Below are positions 25,367-35,011 of a DNA stretch of 64,000 nucleotides, piece by piece. The stretch lies in assembly GCA_054600435.1 (NCBI GenBank), contig BAAIJX010000002.1, positions 496,001-560,000 of the forward strand. Direction: 5' to 3'. This DNA is from Neophaeotheca triangularis. Taxonomy: Eukaryota. The translations under genes were made by a program, and so were the position numbers. The notes under the pieces are model-generated. The model had not been told where the DNA came from, made no database searches, and was given only the letters and a program-made list of their open reading frames with translations. Within the stretch, counting starts at the first letter, position 1. Each line of letters starts with the position of its first letter.

Positions 25367-28339
25367 TCAACCCTTGCCCATCCTATCTGCCCATCCGTTC
25401 ATGCTTCTTCGCACGCCCAGAGTCTTCTTCGGCCTTGAAGATCCAACAGTAGACACGGATGTTGTGTGGAATGTCGAGGCAGGCCGAAAGGTGGGCGGTT
25501 GTTTTCGCTCCGGTTCGTCTTCCGGTATTTGGCCTGACTTGGCGGCATCTTTTGAATCATTCTTCCTTGGTGGCGGACTCGAAAGAAAGACGTAATCATT
25601 ATTCGCTGCCGACTCCTCTTCGGTCATCACTGGAGTTTTGTTCGGGCGAGGGAGAGGAGTCGCTAGAGGCCTACGAAAGGCAGACGGTAGCTTCTGAACT
25701 GGCGCGTCTGCTCGCTCACTGGTATCGATATTCGATATGTCTCCCAGCGGTTTCGTCGAAACAGTGTCCCTAGCAGAACCGGAAGTCCTGACTGCAGATA
25801 CTGTCCTAGCCATAGGCGGCTCTGGCGAAGGCTCCGGCGACGGTTTCGTACGTTTGGCTCCGAAGAAATTGGCAATACTTTCTTGACCCTCCAGCTGCCT
25901 CTTCCGCCCCTTCCCTGGCCCTGCGCCTTTTTGTTTGTCTTGCGCTCGTTTGTCGATTTTACGTAGTTGACCGTCTTCATGAGTCGCCATAAGTTCGTCG
26001 AACCGCGAGGCTACACTCGTGAAGCCGGGCGTCATGGATGTTGTAGAAGTTGAGAGAGCTTTCGGGTCTACCCACGAAGCAGGCCTACTGAAACCCGGTA
26101 GGGAAGACGTCTTGGTCGCCTTCTGGTAGTCCCACCTTGCAAACTCCTCGGAGCGCTCTTCGCCTGTCAGAGGCCAGTAATTATCCTCTTCTGACTCAAG
26201 ATTCGTTCTCGTCTTCTTGATCTCGTCGGACGGGGGCAACGTGCGGCCTAGTGTAGTCGCGAACCCTTTGACAGATGTTTCGTCGATACTAGGCCCATGT
26301 TCTTCGAAGTAGGCGCTCACTCCTGGCTGCGTAAGGAATGTAGACATGGTCGTCTCTTCTCTCTGTGCATTCTTGACGGGACAGCTCAAGTACAAGAGGG
26401 CCTTAGCTCTTGTCATGCCGACGTACAACAATCGGCGCTCCTCGTCGTTGTCTTCGGCTCGCGAGTGCGGAATGGAACCATCATAGCAGGCTGGGATGAA
26501 AACAACGGGCCACTCGAGCCCCTTCGCGGCGTGAACTGTAGACAAGGTCGTTTGCTGGATTGGTTCGCCCTCGTTCTCGGCCTTCTGCTCCGCTGCCGAG
26601 CTCAGAGCGATGTTCGAGAGAAATGAGGAGAGCTGGTCCTCGTCGGAGTCAACTTCACGTTGTTCCATACCATCAACGAGCGGAAGCGATTCGTCGTCCA
26701 CCTTCACGGACTGGTCTTCTATGGAGCTTGCTTCGGCTGCTTGGATCATGAGCTCCTCCACACTGGCCCAGCGCGCATCGAAATCGTCGGGGTACTTTTG
26801 CTTCAGGAAGTCTTGCAAAAGAATCTTCTTGACTACCAAGTCGATTAGATCGTTAATGGAACATTTTTGGTGGTCATATTGTGCTTCGAGTTTCCTACGG
26901 CCAGTCAAGATTAAGCCAGTAAATGCGGCGATACCTTGTAGAGCTTGCTTGGACAACTTCGTGTTTGCTTTACTTCGGCCTTGAGCGCTATCCAGCACGG
27001 CTTTCCACAAAGTGACGCCTTTATTAGAGGCCTCATCCTTTAGAGCTTTCAATGCTACTTCGCCAACTTTCCGCGACGGCACGTTGATGATCCGCTCGAT
27101 GGCTTCGCTGTTATTGGGTTGGCTCATGACTCGCAAGTAGTCCAACACCAGCTTGACCTCTACGCGATCGAAGAACTTAACGCCACCAATCATGCGATAC
27201 GGGAGTCCGGCGGCGCCCAGCGCAGTTTCGATGGGTCGGGATAACATCGCTGATCGTAACAGTATTGCAAAGTCGCTCGGCTGCAGCATGTTTCCGGTCA
27301 ACGCCTGCATGCGCTTGATCTCTGAGACTAGCCATTCGGCTTCTCCTGCAGCAGTGGGCAACTTGCGAAGGACGGGTCGCTGGCCTGCCGTGTGCGTAGC
27401 TTGCAGCTGTTTCGGCGGCCTTGATTCGTCTTGTTCGATGACTTTCTGCGCAGCATGCAGGATTGAGCCCGACGAGCGGTAGTTCTCCTCCAGATTGATG
27501 GTGATGGTGTTCGGCCACTGCGCTTTCATTCGGGCGAGGTTTTTGATCTCTGCGAATCGGAAGCCATAGATGCTTTGATCTGGATCTCCAACGATTGTGA
27601 TAGTGTTGAGACGCTGGGCAAACAAGCCCATCAAGTCGTATTGCACATTGTTCGTGTCCTGGAACTCGTCAATCAAGACGGCCTGCACGTTCGCTACGCA
27701 TTCGGGATGAGTCCGCAGTAGAAAGCTACATTTGAGAAGTAGGTCGTCATAGTCCAATAAGTTCGACTTCTGTAGTGCCTCCTCGTACTTGTCGAAGAGC
27801 AATGCAAACTCTTGCTGCTCTACAGTCTTGGACTTGCCAGCGGCGGAAACGGGGTCCTCGCTCTTAACCTTCTGCCTTGATATCCGACCGATTGCTACAC
27901 CCGGCTCGATGCTGAGATTGTACTGCTTTATGATGCGCTTCAAGATAGCCTTGCTATCATTCGTATCCGCAATGCCAAAATCCCGCTCGAGTCCGATATG
28001 CTGGCCGTATCGCCGCAGGTAGCGCACGGCTACCCGGTGAAAGGTGCCCAGAATAAGCTGCTTCTCAAGACCCTCGCCTACAAAGCCCCTTATACGCTCC
28101 TGCATCTCTTTTGCTGCCTTCACCGTGAAGGTACAGACAATGATGTTCCATGGTTTTAGCTGGCGGTGCGATATGAGATGCGCCACGCGCGTTGTTAGCG
28201 TTTTTGTCTTGCCTGATCCAGGAGGCGCAAGAACCTGGAGGACCGCAGCAGGTGAAGTTACGGCATCTCGTTGGGCGATATTGAGACCTGCGAGTATGTC
28301 GGCCATCTTATCAAGAGTCGCATTGTTCGTGCTGGTCAT
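25367..28339 (-). CDS. SRS2: UvrD/REP-family (SF1) ATP-dependent DNA helicase, Srs2-like
   Basis: Walker A APPGSGKT, DEFQDTN, VGDPDQSIYGFR, LEENYRS, STVHAAKGLEW, EERRLLYVGMTRA, plus a disordered C-terminal tail. Confidence 0.9.
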   Translation of the reverse strand: MTSTNNATLDKMADILAGLNIAQRDAVTSPAAVLQVLAPPGSGKTKTLTTRVAHLISHRQLKPWNIIVCTFTVKAAKEMQERIRGFVGEGLEKQLILGTFHRVAVRYLRRYGQHIGLERDFGIADTNDSKAILKRIIKQYNLSIEPGVAIGRISRQKVKSEDPVSAAGKSKTVEQQEFALLFDKYEEALQKSNLLDYDDLLLKCSFLLRTHPECVANVQAVLIDEFQDTNNVQYDLMGLFAQRLNTITIVGDPDQSIYGFRFAEIKNLARMKAQWPNTITINLEENYRSSGSILHAAQKVIEQDESRPPKQLQATHTAGQRPVLRKLPTAAGEAEWLVSEIKRMQALTGNMLQPSDFAILLRSAMLSRPIETALGAAGLPYRMIGGVKFFDRVEVKLVLDYLRVMSQPNNSEAIERIINVPSRKVGEVALKALKDEASNKGVTLWKAVLDSAQGRSKANTKLSKQALQGIAAFTGLILTGRRKLEAQYDHQKCSINDLIDLVVKKILLQDFLKQKYPDDFDARWASVEELMIQAAEASSIEDQSVKVDDESLPLVDGMEQREVDSDEDQLSSFLSNIALSSAAEQKAENEGEPIQQTTLSTVHAAKGLEWPVVFIPACYDGSIPHSRAEDNDEERRLLYVGMTRAKALLYLSCPVKNAQREETTMSTFLTQPGVSAYFEEHGPSIDETSVKGFATTLGRTLPPSDEIKKTRTNLESEEDNYWPLTGEERSEEFARWDYQKATKTSSLPGFSRPASWVDPKALSTSTTSMTPGFTSVASRFDELMATHEDGQLRKIDKRAQDKQKGAGPGKGRKRQLEGQESIANFFGAKRTKPSPEPSPEPPMARTVSAVRTSGSARDTVSTKPLGDISNIDTSERADAPVQKLPSAFRRPLATPLPRPNKTPVMTEEESAANNDYVFLSSPPPRKNDSKDAAKSGQIPEDEPERKQPPTFRPASTFHTTSVSTVGSSRPKKTLGVRRSMNGWADRMGKG

Positions 28340-28385
28340 TCACTTCTTCCCTCCCGTCGCGATGTGTAGATAGGATCGCTGAGTT

Positions 28386-28412
28386 ACGCGTTGAGATAAG
28401 GTGTGACGCGAA
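28386..28412. promoter_or_regulatory. Paired MCB-like elements (ACGCGT, ACGCGAA) upstream of the SRS2-like gene
   Basis: ACGCGT at 28386-28391 and ACGCGAA at 28406-28412, 47-73 bp upstream of the ATG. MBF-type elements are typical of DNA repair and G1/S genes. Confidence 0.5.
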
Positions 28413-28726
28413 GTCACGTGCCTTGGGCCGCAGCTCTTCCCAAACCCTTGGCCTAAAATACCTCTAGCCCCCTTCCAAGACATCAACAAATGCATCTTTA
28501 CTGCCATGCATCGTCTGATAATGCACATCCTAGCCGTGACCTCAATGTGCGGAGTCCGAGTCCAAGCTGGCGAACAAGAGCCTGCAATTGCGCGATTTCT
28601 TACTGGAGTGTCGGCACATAAAAAAGACTAGATTGGAGACTGGACTATCCACCCGAACAGAACACTGGCCACAAATTACCGCAAAACGACACCAGACGAT
28701 ACCTTCGCCGTCACGATTGGTAACCA

Positions 28727-29575
28727 TTATCTCCGTAGCTTGGTCCCCGGCGTAGTAAGATCGACCTCATCTTCGCTCGTCAAGCCGTCCTCATCTATAC
28801 CAAGATCCACCAGGCCCTTAGGCCCTTTGAAGTTGGCATCATCCGCTCTTAAATCCCGGAACCCTTTCCTCCTTTCTTTGGGCACTGGGATTGCAACGCC
28901 TCGACGGTGTTGGTTCCTGGCCACCTGCTCGTTCGAACGGCGTATCTGCGTCAGCGAAAGCTTCGTACCTTGCTTTTGGGCTCGAGTGTCAGATGTGACT
29001 CCTACCGCAGATTCGTTGCTTTTCGATTGGATGCGATCAGGGACTGTCCTGGTATCCTCTCCAGAATTGCCGCTACCTTCTGTCGATCTCGAACGGGGGC
29101 GCCCCCCCTCCGCCTCCTCCGTCGTCGATGTGGTTTTGCGCACTTTGTCAATGGTTGGCGTGCCATCAACATCAACCTCCCGCTTACGCCTCACCGCACC
29201 GTCTCCAGCAGCGCGCTCGAAGGAAGACGCATGCTGCAAGGCTTCGTCGCCGGCCGCTAGAGCGCTCTTTGGGCCGGCGAGTTCCATACCATCGGCACTT
29301 AGTTCAGCAGCTTCTTTCCGTTTCTTAGGATCGCGGTGGATATAAATGCCTTCCTTGAGAATGTAGTCGTCGATGTCGATGAGTAAAGGATGCCTTGGTC
29401 TTCTGCGGCCGTTCTTTTCGGCCTCCCTGATCTCGCTTCGGTAAGCTGTGTTGATTCCAAGGGAAAGTTCTTTCCTCTCCGCAACCTCTGCGGCTGATGG
29501 ATTGTCAGTACGCTGCTGCATCTTACCTAGCTTGATTGCTAGAAAATTCGACCTTGGCATTTTGGAGCTTGACAT
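28727..29575 (-). CDS. Hypothetical (orphan-like) charged, largely disordered protein, 282 aa
   Basis: Long intronless ORF. ATG in ACCATCATG context at 29575. Basic NLS-like patches (PKKRK, RRKR). No recognised domain. Confidence 0.6.
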   Translation of the reverse strand: MSSSKMPRSNFLAIKLGKMQQRTDNPSAAEVAERKELSLGINTAYRSEIREAEKNGRRRPRHPLLIDIDDYILKEGIYIHRDPKKRKEAAELSADGMELAGPKSALAAGDEALQHASSFERAAGDGAVRRKREVDVDGTPTIDKVRKTTSTTEEAEGGRPRSRSTEGSGNSGEDTRTVPDRIQSKSNESAVGVTSDTRAQKQGTKLSLTQIRRSNEQVARNQHRRGVAIPVPKERRKGFRDLRADDANFKGPKGLVDLGIDEDGLTSEDEVDLTTPGTKLRR

Positions 29576-30146
29576 GATGGTGGATATATCCTCTGTTGAT
29601 TCGAGCTTGGTATTCTGTAGACATACAAAAGAACAGCAGCTGAAGGGGGCAGTTTTAGACCTATCCCAATCTCTGTGCCACTGACACATCTTGATCGATT
29701 GATTTCATTAACATAAGCAATCCATCTTCAATGTATCTTGATCGCCGTGTTAATGGCTCCATACCTTGTCTATACAAGTGCTTGCCATCAACTCCCCTAC
29801 CCAGGCTCGCGCATTAGAGCGGTCAATCAGTGTTACCTGAATGGGCGGTTTCCGAGGAGCTGTAACAGAGAAGCAGTAGAAATTGTGGCAATATGGATAT
29901 CCATGATGCCTATCACAATATCCCTGACGCAGAGCTTTGACTGCGTAAGCGGAAAACAACTCACATTGGTCACTCAAGAGGGTAATGTTGGGAAGGAACT
30001 AGTTGTCCGTAGGCAAAAGTGACAATAGTCTTCAGGAGTACGTTGGTTTTATACTACGCCACTGGCTACGGAACCCGACCTATTGAAGAGCTACTACAAA
30101 CGGTTGGGCAGTTCCAACTCGTCACCTGCGACGTTCCGGCTGTTGC

Positions 30147-31564
30147 TCACGCCACTTTCTCCAATAGAACCATCGCAGAGTGACCAGCCCTTGTACGATC
30201 CTCCATCTTCTGGATCGATGACTCACTGACGTTCTTGTCGTCAATGTGATACCACTTTCCGTCCATCTTCCTGAAGGCAGTGTAGTGTCCGCCGTTGCCA
30301 TCACCCCTATGACGGATAAGGGCCCGCAAGGTGTACTTCGTGCCGAGGACCATGACGTGCTCTTCAGCCTGCAGATTGACATGAGCTTCGTTCTTCGTAA
30401 CTCCGTCAATGAGACGACGCATATTAACGAAAAGCTCGCGTGGGAGAGAAGTGAAAGTTTTGTATCGGACAGTTGTGTTGGTCTCGTGGCATTTGCTACA
30501 CGTGTAACCGTCCAGTTCACTGCTCAGGCTGTCCTTGATCAGTTCGCTGAGGAGCTTCTTGCCCTTCTTGTGTGTGACTGCGACGTTCAGTGACGTCTCT
30601 GTCTCTGGCGTCGTAGAGCCCTTGTAGTTGCAGTTGCCGCATACGTTGTGTTGCTCGGAGACACTGGTGAAGGAACTGGCGATCGATGGACGCTCTTTGC
30701 CAAGTCGTTCCATCACTGCCGAGAGATAATCCGAGACACATTGCTGCTCCTGTCCGTCGTGGAAACGCTGCCAGGGTTCGGATCCGTGACCATGAGCCAC
30801 TGCTTGTTGGAACAACCATGGCGTGACATAGTTGTCCTTCTTGACACTCAAGCGGCTGTCGCCGTAAATGCCTGTTCGCATGTCCTCTAGCAAGCTGCCG
30901 AGATAGGTGGCGATTTCAAGCTTGTCGTCCTTGGCAAAAACATTGCGCACGTGGCTGGCTTGTGACTCTAGCTTTCTGCTCGCGGTGGTCCTGAGATGGG
31001 AATTGTCGTACTCCAGTAGGGTGTCGTAGCCCGGCAGCCCGTCGGGTATGCCGCCTTGTCCACCATGGAGCACGGTTATCTCGCTAGCAGTGAGCGCCGA
31101 GGAAAGAAGTTGAACCACCGCGTTTGAGAAGCAAGCGGTCTTCGAGTTTACTAAGCCGTGAATTCGGTACTTCTCCTCGCTGGGAAGCACCTTTGATGTC
31201 GGCATCTTGTCTGCGGTCATCGTCCTCGGCGGGCTATCGATAGCTGTAGTAGATGCTGAAGCGGAGTCAGTGCCGCGCTCCAGCGAAATAACGTACTCGG
31301 AATGTACGAGGTGCCGAAAGATCACTTACAGACTGTCGCCGGGGAGGACGATTCTGAGCATGGTTTTGCAGAGTACGCCTCTGTCTCGTACAAGTCTACA
31401 GGCTTCTGCGGCGGAGGAGTCGCCTCTGGGCGACGTTGTGCAGGTTTCTTGACAGGGTATGCTACGCCTCTGAGGCGCTTAGATGGTGCGGCCGGATCTT
31501 CTTGGCTCCTGTCGTGGTGACGTTTCGTGCCAGCTAGACGCTGAGGAGCTATTGGGGAAATCAT
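30147..31564 (-). CDS. Divergent ubiquitin-specific protease (peptidase C19/UCH), 447 aa
   Basis: Exon 1 31564-31330, intron GTAAGT...CTGAC...CAG, exon 2 31255-30147. Cys box GLVNSKTACFSNAVVQLL, finger CGNC...CSKC, His box HRGDGNGGHYTAF...WYHIDDKNVS. Confidence 0.85.
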
Positions 31565-32845
31565 TGTGTTCGTGGATGTGATAGCTGTAGATGTCTTCGT
31601 TGTGGGCGAATGGTCCTTGAAGTAGTCCCCGGCGCCTTCGAGTGTATTGGATACGGTAGCAGAGAAGCTGGGATGGAGTTGCAAGCAGTATTCTGTATCT
31701 CCAGGAGGGACTGGTGGAAGAGAATGGCGAAAGAAAATGCACCAGGAAGCCGAGTTTATGTGTTGCATCACGGTAATGTCCTCAGGTTAAGTAGACGAGG
31801 ACATTGGAAGCCACTCACCGATGCCTCCCAGCCATTGTGTTTCCAGTCAAGCGAACGACGGCTTACCTTTGATAGCTACTCAGACAGAGCGCAACACGTT
31901 CATGACAGCTAGGCTAGCAGTATTACACCGGCCAGAGTCTGCCGAGAGAACGCATGTTTGGCATCGCTCCGCAATGAAAATCCGTCCCCGGCACTGCTTT
32001 TCACCAGAGGTCGGGGTGGCATTGGGTGAGGAGATGCCATTGTGAGGACATTGTGGATGATCAGAGATTGGCAAGGCAGGCAACAAAGAGTTTGTGGCCG
32101 AGGATAAGACCTTTTCTGCTGACCGATGGAAAACGACGAAGCATCGTCCTCCACTCACAGGGCTTGCTTAGTAGGACGTCAAATCTGCGAGTTCATTTGC
32201 CAGTGGAAGCAGCAACAGCGACGGACGCGGCCTACAATCAGGGCAGTTCTTGCTTTGATCCTCGTCCGGCATGGGTGGCCTACCAAATTCCTGGAAAGGA
32301 TAAGACTGTGGTTGCTAGTCTTGTCTACTGTAAACACTCGTTAATACTAGCGATCGAGGGTGCGCTCGCAACAATACTGCATAGTACCTACCGCCCCAAG
32401 CTCTGCCTTGGACCATACGATAGATGGCGTTGTTTAGTTGAGTAAACGAAAGGCCCCGTCTAGTGCAGCTTCGTAAGGACATAGTGAGTGCCCCCTTGAG
32501 ACGGAAATTGAGAGAAAGTATGACCTGCGATTAGTCCACCACCTTGTGGGCAACAGGATACTCAGCTTTTCGAGGCTTATAGGGTATATGGACGTTTAGG
32601 GGTCAACAATTACCTTTAATGCTGAAAAAGGAGGGAACCTGAAGTTGGGAAGGTGTCCGGGCAAAGATTCATGTTGCGGGGCTCTGCGGGCCGTCATTGA
32701 AGTAAGGGTCCGCATCTTCAGCCTCCACCAGTACCACAGTGGGGAACTGCGCCTAGCACGTTCGTCAAACTTCCTGGATTCATACCGACTATCTTGTACT
32801 TATAACTCCCTGCAACCTCTCATCCTTCCGAGGGCAACCAACAAT

Positions 32846-33332
32846 ATGCGTTTCTCAATCATCACCTCAGCTTTGGCACTGCTTGCAACCAGCGTCACAG
32901 CGTTGGAGAAGCCCCTCGACATCCAGACAGACGTCGCCAAGGAATGCAAGCGCAGGACTAAAACAGGTACACCTCATCCTTCAACACGCTCACCAGTACT
33001 ATAGACACTGCTAACCAGATGCAGGCGACAAGGTCGAAGTTCACTACCGTGGGACTCTTGAAGCCGACGGGTCCGAATTTGACGCCTCTTACAACCGCGG
33101 CAAACCTCTCTCTTTCCATGTCGGCAAGGGACAAGTGATCAAGGGCTGGGACCAGGGGCTTTTGGACATGTGCCCTGGTGAGAAGAGGACTTTGACGATC
33201 CAGCCAGAGTGGGGCTATGGCAGCAGAGGCATGGGCCCGATCCCGGCGAACAGCGTGCTGATATTCGAAACGGAGTTGGTGGCTATTGGTGGTGTGAAGC
33301 CAGAAGAGGACGCTGCGCCGGATGAGCTATGA
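32846..33332 (+). CDS. FPR2: ER-luminal FKBP-type peptidyl-prolyl isomerase (FKBP13/Fpr2-like)
   Basis: Exons 32846-32966, 33025-33332. Signal peptide, [37 protein letters not shown]-terminal PDEL. Confidence 0.9.
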
Positions 33333-33970
33333 ATAACGAGGAAGGTGTTCTGAGCCAGTCGGGGTCAGCCTTGTTCGCAGACACACCTAAACTGCAACGA
33401 CGTATCTGCTCGTCCGGTTACTACTATGTCGACCACCATACAGCATTACGAGACATGCCGCCTACTCTAGACTTTGCGATTGCAAACACGAGAAAAACGC
33501 AACGGATAGCAAGAAAAGCATATTGCGATATTCTAGCATGAAAAACGGAGGCTTCCTCACGCCATGATGATTCATCCCGACATCGTGCGTGATACCTTAA
33601 AAAGTTTGGTAGCGATCGGGCCTATTATCAGTCCTCCATGATCAACTACTATCAAAGGATCCTAAGTTTGGCCTTCTCACGAACATGCAGTATGAACTCT
33701 TCGGGGCCAATGTATCTGCTTCCAATCGGGCGTCTTGTATGGTTGATAGCCACGTCGGAAGTATTGTTGATCGCGAGACTCAAGAGTACGTGGATCACAC
33801 AGATGATTCGACAGCATTGAATTCTCCGCTACGTAGTAATAGCTACGCCAGCAGTTGTTCCGAGCACACCCGTCGTGTAGAGCTCGAGTTTACGTCCTTG
33901 CGAACGCCGTGCCTCCATGCTCACGAAGCAACTTGTCATTCCCATCCTGCATCAACCCCAGCAGCGCCTC

Positions 33971-34663
33971 TTAAAACTTGTTAAACTGCTTGACAGCCTT
34001 GCCGGTACGGGGAATCTGGCGGATGACGTTGAAGCGGACCTGTCGCGCCGGTGTTAGTCTTGTTATCCAAGCATACGCGAACGCGCTCCGCCACTCACAG
34101 TCTTGCTCAAAGGCCTGCACTGGCCAACGGTGACCTGGTCGCCAACCTCAATACGGAAAGCCGGGGAGACGTGTGCGGCGAGGTTCTTGTGGCGCTTCTC
34201 GTAACGGGAGTACTTTGGGACGTAGTGGAGGTACTCGCGGCGGATGATGAGGGTACGGTGCATCTTGGTGGAGACGACGGTGCCAGTGAGGATACGGCCA
34301 CGGATGGAGACCAGACCAGTGAAGGGGCACTTCTTGTCTGCGTTGCGGAACAACATTAGCATTGCCCTAGCCATATCCTCTTTCCTTGCTCTGCCACGCC
34401 AATTTTCGCAATTGTGCCCGTACTGCAGATGCTTTGCCGCCTTTTCCTTCACTCTTCTACATCCGTACCAGGGAATGCATACCAATGTAGTTGCCCTCAA
34501 TCGCGGTCCTGGGGGTCCTGAAGCCCAAACCGACGTCCTTGTACCATCTCCTGCCACCCTTGCCTACCGCCTTTGACTTTCCGCTCTGGCGCTTGGAGTT
34601 GAGGAAGACGTGAGGCTGCTTCTGGAAAGCGCGCTCGCTCTGGACGGTCAATTCGGTGGCCAT
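33971..34663 (-). CDS. RPS11: 40S ribosomal protein S11 (uS17)
   Basis: Exons 34663-34483, 34337-34099, 34039-33971. [16 protein letters not shown]...DKKCPFTG...[14 protein letters not shown]. Confidence 0.97.
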
Positions 34664-35011
34664 GATTGCGGATGTGGTTAGCAATCAACTTCCGGGGGGA
34701 TGGGCGTCGAAGTCGTTGGGCGAAGTAGGCGTAATTCGTGTGAAGTCGGGGCGCGGGTCAAATTGCTGCAATTGCTGCTCAAAATTGGAGCGAGAGTCTT
34801 GGCAGTGTGTGAGGCACGCATGCCTTAGATATGAGGCCGACACATTGGTGCAGCTCCACAATGTTTGTTGTGCCCTTGCCGCTTTGGGCGCGCTTCGACT
34901 TCCACATTGCGAGGTACATACCTACACGAGGTACAGCGGTATTGTTTGCGCGAGAGGGTACTACTGTATTGCTACTCACCACCAACACGGCGCACGCGAT
35001 ACGCGCAAAAT

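Noticed and set aside
33564..33700. ATGATGA box C-like motif between FKBP and RPS11
   Set aside because: No suitably placed CTGA box D or terminal stem found.
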